Shown here piece by piece: positions 24,106-36,664 of a DNA stretch of 64,000 nucleotides; within the stretch, counting starts at the first letter, position 1; each line of letters starts with the position of its first letter. This stretch comes from Macrostomum hystrix (taxonomy: Eukaryota; Animalia; Platyhelminthes). The translations under genes were made by a program, and so were the position numbers. The DNA lies in assembly GCA_950097015.1 (NCBI GenBank), contig CATNEN010000038.1:30690001-30754000 (forward strand), written 5' to 3'. Below the pieces are notes generated by a model, which was given only the letters and a program-made list of their open reading frames with translations, ran no database searches and was not told where the DNA came from.

Positions 24106-26814
24106 GCCTAGAGACTGAAAGGAAAGGACTAAACAAATAAGGAATACAAAGAAATAAAACCTTGATACTGAGACCTTGAAAATTTACAAAAAGCTGAAAG
24201 CATAAAACATAATGGTAACCAAATGAATTAGGCAAAATAATATTCTATACACTACAAAGACTAAAGTATTATTTCTAGAAAATCCTCACCACTTACTCAG
24301 AAATTAAAATAATTGTAGAGACAGCTAAACCATAGTGTGGTTCACGTAAAGTGCACGCGAGAAACAACCCAAAACTAATCCCCAAAAGCACACTGACAGC
24401 AAGCGAATGCTTGCTTCCAACTGTGGAAACAAAACCAGGACTAGGACTACTAACTAGATGTAAATTGTCTTAATGTCACTTATGCCTTTACGCCAGCTAA
24501 TTAAGTTTTAAAATATTTAAAGAAGTCAAAATTCAAATTTAAAATTTGAAAAGTATTTTAAATTGCATTGAAACAAAACAGTAAAACAAAGCAACAAAAT
24601 AAGTAAACAAAAAATTATAGATCTTTACAAATTTGTATTTCTCATTGATGAATTTATTTATCAACAATTAAAAAACAATATTTTATAATGTTAATATATA
24701 ATAGATTTTTTTATATTTAAATATTAAAATACTTATTTTTTAATACTTATAATATGTATTATTTGTATTATGCATAGCAATGCATAGGCAGCATTGCCAT
24801 GCCAGGCAGTCACCAGGCATGCCAGTGTAATTATGAAGTGTGCATTATGCACACCATATGCATACCACTTACCTATTTTCATGCTGCTGCGTGCCACGTT
24901 TAAAAATGCACATGGTAAAATTCTTGCATGCACTACATTATCTTCACTATGGCAGCTAAAAATAGGGGATAGGGCTTAGACTTAAAACAACTTAGGTTAA
25001 AAATCTGTTCTAATTAGTCAAATGTTCTAATTAGTCATATGGACTTTTGAATTGACTCAAACTGACTTAAATGAGTAGATATAAAATACAGACAAGCACA
25101 AACAACCCCACAAGGACACAACCTACCACAGTACAAATAAAGCTTTTTGTTTAAATTATTTGCTCAATATTGCTGTTGCGGAGCAAAAAATTTGTGTAGG
25201 CCTAATAATAGGATTGAAATTTTTAGAATGCAGCCAGTCAATGAATAAAAAGAGATGCTATACAAGACAACTAATGAAAACAGGGAAAATAACAGACTTC
25301 AAACGTAGATTCATAAACTTCATTTCTGTAAAGTAGCTTAGTTAGTTAGGGTCTACTAGTTGCAAAAAAATTACATATTTAAAGAAAAATAACGACAGAA
25401 GTTTCGTTTGCTGAGGAAATTAATTTATTATTAACTGACAAAGCAATTTACAATAAGTTCTTCCGAGCTAGACAAGTCATGTAAGATAAAAATGTTGGCG
25501 GACAAACCGCGGCCAACCCACCAACTATCAGCGCAATATTGCTGCTAATGGCTAATGCTAATAAATTTGATAACAACTTAGGAAATTTTACATGATATCA
25601 TAATAAAAAAACTAACTACTAAAAAACCAAAAAACTAGTTTCCACGTTACTTGTTTTAGTTAATTCTCTACATTATTCAACATTTGACAAACATTAAATT
25701 TCAATGCATTTATGTAATTAAAAGTTGTTTGAAATTGCAAATACGAGTACCAACGCGATAATACTAAATTATTTCGTTTTTTAAAACACAAATATGTGCA
25801 GCTCATCCAGTTAGAACTAGAACCATACGCTTGGCATATGTTTTAAGCTTGCTCAATCCATATCTAGGCATATTATATTGACACATTTAGGATTTTTCTG
25901 GTCTAAGATACAACACCCCTAGTCGCCAGATACATTGCCGCAACGTTGTCACAATGTTGCTGTGTAATGTTGCCATGATGTTGTCGTCCATGTTGTCACA
26001 ACAGTAATATTTGTCGTGGCATTGTCAACATTGGCAATATTGCCATGACAGCATAGTGATTTTTAACTATGGTACTACAAGTAGAGGGGTCAGAGAGTGA
26101 ATTTTTTATTATGCAGGAAATGAATAAAATAAAAAAAATGTTACCGCTGGAAATCTCATTTATATGCTCGTACCATTCAATCAAAAACTAATGACTTGCC
26201 AAAAATATGGTATTTTTGCGCAAGTTGTCGGATTTCATTTATTGCAAATACTTCACATGCATACTGCCACACTTGACTAAAATTGGACATTGTTTCGCGA
26301 ATCCATAAAGAAAGGCACGCATTTACATTTTGCACACTCATTTGGGATGACAATGTTTTAACTGTGTCATCACTGTCATGGCACAATAGATCGACATGTT
26401 TCATTATCGCCTGCTTGCACGCAGATGCAGTCAGTATGTGTAAGAAAATTTATAATTGCACCAAAAGTTCATCTCCAATACAGATAGACGCATCGGGGCA
26501 GCCATCAGAGACGGGTCCTCAGTGCCCTCAAGCCGGCCTTCGCTAGAAGCAGGTCAGTGATTTCCCGGGCTGCCAAACCCGACCGGAACACCCTACCTCC
26601 TCCGTGCAGTGTCCTTGAGTTTTTTCATCCAAAGTTACAAAATTTATAAAATGGCCAAAAAGTCTAAGCAAAACATCTGATATAGTCACTTATAAAAAAT
26701 TATCCTCCTCGTCAGCAAACTCATCGTCTTGCACGCCATTATGAGCTACTTCATTGGCTTGTTCACCGTCAGTCAAATCAGCAGGTTCTTGCTTGTGATG
26801 GTAATGACAGTAGG

Positions 26815-27260
26815 GGCGGCTGCTGATGACGGTAGAGTGGCTGCTGATGACGGTAGAGTGGCTGCTAATGACAGTAGGGCGGCTGCTAATGACGGTAGGG
26901 CGGCTGCTAATGACGGTAGAGTGGCTGCTGATGACGGTAGGGCGGCTGCTGATGACGGTAGAGTGGCTGCTGATGGCGGTAGAGTGGCTGCTAATGACGG
27001 TAGAGTGGCTGCTAATGACGGTAGAGTGGCTGCTGATGACGGTAGAGTGGCTGCTGATGACGGTAGAGTGGCTGCTGATGACGGTAGAGTGGCTGCTAAT
27101 GACGGTAGAGTGGCTGCTGATGACGGTAGAGTGGCTGCTGATGACGGTAGAGTGGCTGCTAATGACGGTAGAGTGGCTGCTAATGACGGTAGAGTGGCTG
27201 CTGATGACGGTAGAGTGGCTGCTAATGACGGTAGAGTGGCTGCTGATGACGGTAGGGCGG
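26815..27260. repeat. 21-bp tandem repeat (GGCTGCTGATGACGGTAGAGT)n, possibly coding
   Basis: About 21 copies, open in several frames on both strands. Confidence 0.9.
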
Positions 27261-29596
27261 TTGCTGCCGAAAATCTGCTGCCTGGAGACGTTATTGTAGC
27301 TGATGATAGACTCTCAAAGTGACCAAAATCCACGCACAAATCGCATGTATTAATTGTGTCTCGGAAATCTGACTGTGTTTCTGAATTGCCAAAGATAAAA
27401 ACAAAAAGCTAGAAAAAATCGCGAATAAGTGAATTAAGTTGCTGATGAGATTCATGAGCATGCGTTGTCCCCACATAAGTATCGACCTAAACTTCAAATT
27501 TTATGCCACATTTAACTCAGAGGCGACATAATTAGGTCAACTCGGTTGGTCCAAAGTCCATCGTCCAGCCCCAACAGAAATAAGTAGATCTGATTTTCGA
27601 ATTACATGCGAATGCGATACTTAAACGACTTGATCAAAATTAAATCAACGAGATATGAGCCCCATCAGAGCCAGTTATAATTATGAAACAAGCGCCTATT
27701 CTTAATTAAATTATTACTGTTGGAGCTGTTTAGCAATCTGCATGTAATCTACAGCAATTGATTTGAGCTCAATTATTCTCAGTCACAATTTAGCATGCAA
27801 TTAGAAAACAGGAATCGATATTGTTTCGAAGTCTTTATTAAATCTGGAGTTCTAAAAGAACTTCTTAATTATAATATTAGATTTGTTTATTTCTAATTTG
27901 AATTCACTGAGGTGTGCGAGTTCGCTCGGATTATTTAATTTCACCTGAAGGCATACAGATGCGGTCATTGTGATAATGAATCGACGCGATGATAATTCAC
28001 TGCACCTTGTGCAAGTCTTAGTTTTGTTGCAGGGCTATTCTATAATATTTAATATCCCACTGATGCCACCAAAGTTGTACCAGGTCTGATCTCACTGCTG
28101 CTGTTTCAAATTTATATTTTAGACTAACGGTCCTTAAATGGGCCGTTTTAACATCTCAACAATATGGTAGCGTATGTGTTGCACGAGCGGTAATTAGGCA
28201 CTATGTACTTTCCAGCCGATTAGGCGTTCCCGAGATTAGAGTTTAGCAGTTCCCTCTTAGTAATATTCTTTGTATAAATCTGAGTATAGGTCTTAGTATA
28301 GGTCTTAGTAGTATGGTTCTTAGTATGGTTCTCAGTATAGTTCTTAGTATGGTTCTTAGTATGGTTCTCAGTATATCTCTCAGTATCTTCTCACAAATGA
28401 CTAACAAAATGACTCCTTTTCCTCAAATCACTCTTTTATATCTCGAACACACAATTTAAAGCCTCAACAATGACTTGACTTTCGGCCAACAATTTTACTC
28501 ACACACTCTCTCACTCTCTTACACGCACAGCGAGTTTATTTTTCTGTCTAAAAAACTGCGGCTATATATACAAGAGTTTTTTAGCATTTGCTTAAATGGT
28601 GAATTTTCAAAAAATAATATTTACACGGTCATCATTAAAACAAAAATATTCATACAGTATTACTTTCAATATAGTAAAGAGTAAAAAAAATTGTGTTATT
28701 TTTGGCGCGTATTTAATTTTTAGATTTTTTAGTATTCTTATAAAACGTATTTACAAAAAAAGGAAACATATTTACACTAAAACTGATAATGTATTTACAC
28801 CGTTACCGTTTATTGTTATTTAATCTCATATATAGGATGCTAATTATAGTAAAGGAGAATTGACTTTAGTCGATGGTGCTGCCGCTAATTATCGATTAGT
28901 CATTTTTTAGAAAAGTACAGTAAACGAAAGTATAGTTTTCATCTTCCTATAATGGAGGATTTCTGTTTGTTAATGATTTCGCAGTAAAATGCTTGTCGTA
29001 ATGACCAATTATTATATACAAGCACAAAGTTTTATTGCTTTTCAGTTTTTTAGCTTAAAAAATAGCTATTTTAGGGAAGTGCTCGTTATCTTTAAAGATT
29101 TTTTCAAGGTCCTAATTATAGAAAAATTGATTGAAGGAATTGTGACAAAGGAGCCAAATGAGCTATTCAGGTTTGTTTTTATGGAATAGAAAAGCATGCA
29201 TTTTTACGACCTTCCTGTGCATGTGAAATCAGGAAATGAACCTTCAAAGGTTATTCTAACTTTAGGGTGTGCATAGTCGAAAAAGTGGTTTTATTAATTT
29301 TTCGTTTCGGCGTGTCTTGAATTATTGTTGTTTTTATTTTTGAAAAAAACCTGTACCTGCAGGAAATCGTGACTGTTGCAGTATTTGGCCTTTCCAACTG
29401 GATTTTTATGATTTAGTTGATTCGAGAAATCATAAAATATTTTTGCTTTTCTTTTGATTATTTTGTAACTGTTACTCGATTATTTGTTAAAATGTTAAAT
29501 TCTTTTTATACAATTTTTTTAGAGTCCCTGCAACCTTCTCGCACCGAGGATCACGAACTCGAATCCGCGGCATTTCATTCTTTTGGGGCTCTATGG

Positions 29597-29792
29597 GGAA
29601 GGCGGTGAGTTGCAGATCGGTTAACGTATTTGCCTCTCGCAACTAGGTCCCTGAGCTCGATTCCGCGGCGAGGCCACATTCATTTGGGGCGCAGCCGCGG
29701 AGAGAAGGCTTGGGGGCTTGTCGTGCAATTTGCTCCCTTGAGGGCCAACCTCCAAGGCAACAGTGAAAGTGTACACTGACAGACAATGAGTC
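29597..29792 (+). mobile_element. tRNA-derived SINE family B, 5' half
   Basis: Head TTGCAGATCGGTTAACG..CCTCTCGCA..GAGCTCGATTCCGCGGCGAGGCCACATT and body GAGGGCCAACCTCCAAGGC, shared with 33654 and 52425. An extra head fragment lies at 29535-29590. Confidence 0.8.
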
Positions 29793-30449
29793 ATAAGGGG
29801 CTTTTTGTGCTAATTAACAGTAGAGGGCCCGCGCGTTTTTCGTTGTCATTTTCAATTGATTGGTTGAAATATAATCCTTAGCTGGATTTAGGCTTTGAAA
29901 AGGTTGCGATTAATTTCCTAGAAAGCTATCGGTGGATTTAAAGAAAACGAGACAACAAAATTATTCTTTGGCTGGCAAATAGTACGAGCTACTGGCCGGG
30001 CAGGCACGCTATTTCGCGCATAATTTCCGCAGGTGAAAATGGCACTAAGTGGAATGCATCAAATTAATAGCAATGATTGACAATTCTTCGTGCCATGCCA
30101 AATTCAGTGAAATGCCATGCAACAGCTTGAATATCACTTTTCACTCATTTACGAGCTAGGAGACTCCCACAGCAGAAATTCTGTAACGATTCCCATTGCA
30201 GATCCCTTTTCAAATCCTTCTCGATATGAAATCTGACTAACAAACTATACTGCATGGTCTCAATTTCTTCAACCCTCTCCTTCCCGATTCTCTCTCTCCT
30301 ATTTTAAACATGATATTGAACGAGCGAATTATGGCACGCGATGTGCATCAGCCTTGAAAAGGAAGAAATTATCATTTTCACGTGTACTTTTTAAGTCTCC
30401 CAAGGCAGAGTCTGTTCTGAGCATTCAATAAGAATATGTCTGAGCATCT

Positions 30450-30645
30450 AAAGTGTAAACTGCAGGTGATGATGAGAAAGTCAGGGCAGATGTACACACC
30501 TATGTGAGCGTGTGCCTGCGTACAGTATCTGTGTGCGTGTGTGCTCAGGAGTCAGCGAAATGGGCAGAATTGCCTCCTCGCTGGCTGTGGGTCCAGTGTC
30601 ACCAAATGATGTGCCATTGCCCGCAGCCCTCCTGCAATTATAATT
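30450..30645 (+). mobile_element. SINE family B, 3' half
   Basis: GAGAAAGTCAGGGCAGATGTACACACC..GCCTCCTCGCTGGC..GTGTCACCAAATG..TGCCATTGCCCGCAGCCCTCCTGCAA plus an AT tail. Confidence 0.8.
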
Positions 30646-31400
30646 TATGAACTTAACTTTCAAACTGTACATTCAAGTTAAGTACACTTTCGAATTCTAA
30701 AACGAGATTTTACGCAAACATGTTTTTTAACTTTTGTAATGTTTTAAACTTGAAAGAAAACGAAAAATGAATAAAAATAAACTAAATTAGAGCCTTGAGT
30801 TTCTTCTGAAAGCGATGCCACATCTTTAAAAGAACAAGAAATAATGTCGAAAGCCTGGACTTCGTTATAACTCAATTTTGTAAAAAGGAAATTTGTCTCA
30901 AAAAGAAATTTCCGACGAAGAAATAGCTTATTAGGACGAAAAGCAGTTGCTGTTAAGTGCTTTTAGAAGGTTGCAAACCAAAGATGGTAAAACTAAGAGC
31001 TAATGCGAGGAACCTGAAAATTGCTGCTCAAACAGATGCACCTGGCTGTTGCACTAAACTCAATTATAGCATTAGCTAAACAGAATGGTGCTCTCAAAAG
31101 ATCTGTTGACACTTTTACGCCTTATATCTGACCAGGTCGTTATAGAAAGAGAGGCAATTTTAGACTATCAGAAATTTTGTGGTCTTGAATTATATTAGAA
31201 AGAGCACAATTATCGAGCAACCGACATTCTTTCTTAGAAAGCCTGTGAAAGAAAACACAGAGTGAGGCTTATTCCTTCAGATGCGGCATTCTGCGAGCTT
31301 TCCAACGTTTGCTTTCCTTAATCTACAAAGCCCTATGCTGTCTCTGAGGGCTATTCTGAGCATAAAGCTTTCTGACATTCGCAGGCCCGAGCTCAGAGCA

Positions 31401-31600
31401 TTATAAATAAAATAATTTGCAGGAAAGCTGCGGGCAATGGCATATCATTTGGTGACACTTGACCCGCAGCCAGCGAGGAAGCCATTCTGCCCATTCTGCT
31501 GACTCCTGAGCACACACGCACACAGGTGTGTACATCTGCCCTGGCCTTCTCTCAGTGGCTGCGCGCCAAAAGAATGTGGCCTCGCCGCTGAATCGAGCTC
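31401..31600 (-). mobile_element. SINE family B copy with an internal deletion
   Basis: Reverse complement of the family B 3' half, joined directly to the head region (GAGAGAAGGC|CAGGGCAG). Confidence 0.8.
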
Positions 31601-32341
31601 GATTCAAACCGGTTTGCCACTCATTCACGACTGCTTGCCCGCGGTACTTCAGGGACAATTGAAGAGCCACTGCTGGCGCGGAAGCGAGTGCCGCAGGCTA
31701 GACCGGTGGGCCCACCTCGGGCAGTCCTTCCGCCTCATCGCTGCATCGGTTCGGGCTAGTCAAATGAAAAGCATATATCTCAAATTGATCCAAAAATGTT
31801 TTGATGTTTCTTAGAAACAAGAATACCTTTTAATTCGTTGTTTCTCATACCACTTTGCCCACGAAAGAGTTCGAGTGGAATTTAATGGCAAAAAACGCAA
31901 GAACAAAAAAAATCAAAAGAGGCGAGGAGCATGAATTATTTACAGTTTAGAGTACGAACACAGCTGTCTCTCTGTGTCTATTATTTTCAGGAAATTTTCT
32001 GGCCCCAGAATGCATGGACAGCTTTTTTAAGACAAAAAAGCTTTTTCACTGGCCTGGACGCGTGTACTCATGTCTGGTGGATTTTGTTTAAATCAAAATG
32101 GTAAAGTGCGCCAAAAATTAAAAAAACTAGCGTACTTCTCGATTGCACAACTGTGAAAGACTCTGTAAAGTTTGAAAAACAGTCTAAATATTTTTATTCG
32201 ATTTCACTTCTTTTAAAGCAGTATTTATAAACTTGAAGATTCTACTTTATTTAAAATTACTTTTGAGACGTTTGTTTGTTAGGATATAAAAAATTTCAGC
32301 AAAGGACTTTGTCTGGAGTTGATGGGGTGGCATTTTGTATA

Positions 32342-32385
32342 ATCAAATGGTGTGCCATTGCCCGCAGCCCTCCTGCAAATATTGA
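32342..32385 (+). mobile_element. SINE family B 3'-terminal fragment
   Basis: CAAATGGTGTGCCATTGCCCGCAGCCCTCCTGCAAATATT. Confidence 0.7.
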
Positions 32386-33653
32386 ATTATGATTGTCTGG
32401 AGTTGGGATACTGTGCTCGGTAAAATGTATGCATAATTGCCGTAATTGATAATAGTTTTCTCGGGCTAGAAACAGTTTTCTAAGAATTAATAGAATCTTT
32501 GTTCTATATTACATCCACGATTAAAACGAATCGATTACGTATTTTCGAAGAGTTTAGCTAGTTGCCATTTCTTTTCTAAGAAACGACATTTAATTTCTTA
32601 GAATTATCACCGATAGAGCATTCAAAGAATTGCGACATTTACTCAAGGGCGGTAAAAGGCATGATAATTTTTGTAAAAACTAAAATACGCAAAACCGTCT
32701 CGTACTGTTTTATTCATGAATTACTACCGGATTGCATCGATATAACTAAACTCAGATTCTCGAAGGACTCTAGAGCTTTTATCTTTGTCACTAAGTTCCT
32801 GGATATATGAGACTTTTTAAAGTGACTTTAAAAACTGCAATCAACGTTTGTGACTTTGTAATTTTTATTTTTTCAAGTCACGCTTGATTAGGTCAGGATG
32901 GAGCATTGAAGATCTGTTCTTCCGTCAGGAAAAAGTCAATTTAAAAAGTGCCGACAAAGCAGACGGAACAGAAACCCAGCCAGCGCGGTTGTTGCCTACC
33001 TTTTGACTTTTAGAATTTCGTCATTTTTTGTCAAAGGGATTTTTTCTAGTCCTTGTAATAAGCAGACGCTTTTTTGGTAAACCCAGCCTTCAAAAATGGA
33101 TTCAGTAGTCAGGATTCGCTGCACTAGCAATTACATTCTCAGCTTCACATGAATGTGCGAATTCAGATTTATTTCGATATCAGATTTATACCTGCATTTA
33201 ATCAAGTGCAGCTGGAAAGTCTTGAGTTCATTGTGAGTTTTCTGCAGCAGAAATTGTACTCTTTTAAAGGCTTATCTACTCCAGCTAATTAGCTCGTGGA
33301 AAATCTGTTTGATAGAAATATTTATCTGCCTTCCTCGGGTGAAGACCTACTCAGTAAAAAAACAACAACAAAAAATTCTCGAGCAATCAGCCAGCCTTTA
33401 AGTCGGGTCCACTGCACGCATAAATAAGAAATGGAGATAGGTGAGACGACTTAGCCAAAGGCACAAAGAGAATATAGAGGCCAAAAAGGCAAAGGTGAGG
33501 AGTTATTGGAGAGCAGATAACTGGACTGACATTGTACTGAAATGAGCAAATTAGTCGAAAAAATATCCAGCGGACAGGACTCCAAATAAAAGTCTCTAAA
33601 TCTCTAAAAACTACTGTTTCCGTAGGTAAACGAATGGGTGCGAATGATTATTT

Positions 33654-33970
33654 CAGGGTGTTGCAGATCGGTTAATGCGTCTGCTTCTCGCACTGGGGTC
33701 CCTGAGCACGATTCCGCGGCGAGGCCACATTCATTTCGGACGCAGCCGCGGAGAGATGGCTTGGGGGCTTGTTGTGCAATTTACACCCTTGAGGGCCAAC
33801 CTCCAATTCATAGTGAGCAAACTATGAAAAAGTCAGGGCAAATGTACACACCTGTGTGAGCGTGTGCCTGCATACAGCATCTGCGTGCGTGTGTGCTCAG
33901 AAGTCAGCGGAATGGGCTGCGGGTCTATAGTGTCACCAAATGGTGTGCCATTGCCCGCAGCCCTCCTGCA
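33654..33970 (+). mobile_element. SINE family B, near full length
   Basis: Contains the tRNA-like head, body and 3' end in one piece, which links the half-copies into one family. Confidence 0.85.
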
Positions 33971-34498
33971 GTTGGAGAGTGAATGAGGACAAAGGGGTTT
34001 TACCCGCTAGTCTGTTATACTAAATATAAAACAGGTTCTTCCTACAGATATAAAAATATAGCTTGACTAGAGTTTTAGCGACAGAAATTTAAGTTGTTTG
34101 TAGATTTTAACAATTGTGAAATCCAGTATTCAGTAAGTTCCCGTCCAAATGGTATGTTTATGCATATGGCATTATCTACTTTTAGCTCAGTTGTCAAATT
34201 CGAGTTCAAATTATATTGACTTTTCTCCCTCTTCGGCTGACCAATAATCAAGGCTTATCCAGTGTCAGCTTATACAGTAAAATAATCCCGATTGATGTAA
34301 ATATACTTCCGATCAGGATCCCATAATAATGATGTTTAGGCAACATTTGAAGAGTTTCTAATATAAACATTCATTCAATTTAAAAGTTAGTGCTTAACTC
34401 CTGTATTTAGCAATTCTATAAACACGCACGATTATTGACAATTGGGCTTTATTTCGAGCAAACACACTCGAAAATGAGAATAAAAAAATCTAGTTCAG

Positions 34499-34691
34499 TC
34501 AGACGCAAGTCTCGTACATCAGACAGACAACTTCATCCGTTGTGACCTGAGGACTCGGCAGCTTCTGGGACCCGCGCCTCAGCATACAACGCGGCGGTAG
34601 AAGACACCGCCTCGCCTGGCGTTGAGCCTTGCTGCTGCTGCTGCTACTGCTGCTGCTACTGCTTCCGACACCCTTAACCAAACTTGCTTTC

Positions 34692-34738
<47 letters not shown>

Positions 34739-36077
34739 GCAGTCAAGACTCAGTGGCTCACTGAAATGCACCAGTCGCGGTCGTCTGCGCCATCGTCTTC
34801 GTCGATACCAGCAGCAGAAGTTGATCAGGCATTCGCGTCCGCGACAGACCAGTCGGCGGCCAAAGTCTGTCGTGCCGGCCAGCAGCAGGAAGTTGAATAG
34901 TGAGTCCAGCTCAACTAAAGTATTGACGATGAGTTCAGTCAGGGGCTCTTTGTTTTCAACGAAGCCGCACAGATCTGTCGGACTCTCGAGAATCAGACAG
35001 CTAACAGACAGGGCTACGATGATGCGAATCGCTTGCTGCTCGCGGCGGCTCTGTCTGCGGCAGTGGCGCGTGTCTGTGGGCAGTCGCGGCCGTCTGGTCA
35101 GAGCCATGTGCCGCCTCGTCGTCGAGGCCCGATGCAGCACCCGCACGGTGATGCAGGTAGCAACAAAGATAGATACTATTGGCAGAAGACCCTGGAATCG
35201 GCATTCGATTTTCCTAGAATAATAAGCACTGAATTCGTGAAAGCTTAGTTAAACACTTAGCTAGAATTTTGTTCAGTTGCCTGAATTTAGTATATTAGAC
35301 TAGCAAATTTGAGCCCCACTGCTTCAGAACCCGAAATGGCGTACTTGACATGTAATTAAAACACTATTGCTTCCAAATTCCATATAAGTACCCATTAAGG
35401 CAAGAAATGCTTGCCTGAAAAGCGTAGAAGGTAATTTCAACTGCGCGCGCCTGTTTCGGCGTGAAGTGTCGAACTTTCAGACTTGGATCCAGAGCCATCA
35501 CCATGGCAATGCTAAGAGTCGTAGCAACGATACCAATGCCAGTCTCCATGACAACCAGGTAGGAAAGACGAAACGCGGTTCCATGCCGAGAGCTCAGAGG
35601 TCGAAAGACGGCCTCTACTCGGGACCAGGAGATCAGGCACATGGTCCAGTTGCGCATGCATAATGCGGCTCGGAGGGCGCAGAGAAGTGCCAGCATGGGA
35701 GCCGGAGTGTCCTGCGCACCTGGCTGATTCAAATCACCCGTCATGGCGACCGGCAGGCACGATGCAATGACGCAGCTGTGGAACAACAGTTCAAATAGAG
35801 ACATTGCCACTAGTAAGCGACGAAGTACAGGATGCACGCTACGACCTCGGCGGAGGAAGTGGGCGAAGGCCAGAACAGACAGGCAGCAGTTGATGCCGGA
35901 CAATGGCAGGTAGAAATAAGGCTCCAGCGGGTGCATGGAGCGACTGGTAGTTGACGAGTTGCCATCGATGCGGTCTAATTCCCAGTTGCTGCTGCTGCTG
36001 TTGCTGCCTTGAGTATCGTTTGAAGGCCACTGGTGCGACAAGAATGCCATGACCTTTAGAGTTTTTGAAGAGTTCAT
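34499..36077 (-). CDS. Orphan rhodopsin-type (class A) GPCR; exons 35415-36077 and 34499-35191 (~451 aa); probable GC-AG intron; polyQ/polyS C-tail
   Basis: Seven hydrophobic segments and N-terminal N-glycosylation sequons. TM3 ends RNWTMCLISWSRVEAVFRPL (DRY-equivalent SRV). TM5 FYAFQ|GLLPIV, TM6 CLILESP, TM7 LDSLFNFLL. Confidence 0.85.
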
Positions 36078-36664
36078 TATCTAAGACGACAGAGCGAATT
36101 GAGTTTTTTATCTTCTTCAGTTCAAGAGCTAGCTTAACACAAAATGTGTCTGGGGGCGCTTAAATTCATGCAGAGGCCGCAGGGGCAGAACTGGCAGCCA
36201 ACCGGGCCGAACCTGCTGAGCTTGCGACATTTCACAAAGATGAGGAACAGGGAAGAGATTTGAGCATAGGTAGAAAAATGTTGGGATTTAAAAAAGGAGT
36301 ACGAGTATTTCTAAGCACAAGCAGACGAAGCGAAGTGGATTAGGGTATTGAAGCAGTCAGTGCAATGAGTCTGAGTCGTCCGCTTTGATCTCTAGTCGAC
36401 TTAGACTCATTGGGAATACAGAATAACAAATTAGTATATTTTTTAATCACACAGCGAATACGTCAATGTTGTCGTCAATATACGATTTTTAAAGTTGCCT
36501 GCGTGTTGCTGCCTTTTTAAGGTCGGCCTTCTGAGTTTTGGGCTTCTATCTCGCTAGACACTTTTCAATTATTAAATTAATTTCTTCCGATAACCTTTAT
36601 CCTGCTGCTAGAAATTATTTATTTCGGAAATATATAATGTTTAAGCTTTGATGTGTAATCCCAT

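Noticed and set aside
25914-26090. Possible MITE (ACCCCT...AGGGGT ends, TGTTGC/GCAAC-rich interior)
   Set aside because: The terminal match is only about 6 bp and there is no convincing TSD.
30572-30585. GCCTCCTCGCTGGC in SINE family B is identical to the P3/L3 core of the HDV genomic ribozyme
   Set aside because: The element order is wrong for an HDV fold: the would-be P1 5' strand lies downstream, there is no GG for P1.1 after P1, and the GCGAA-like segment is upstream. A simple hairpin explains the sequence.
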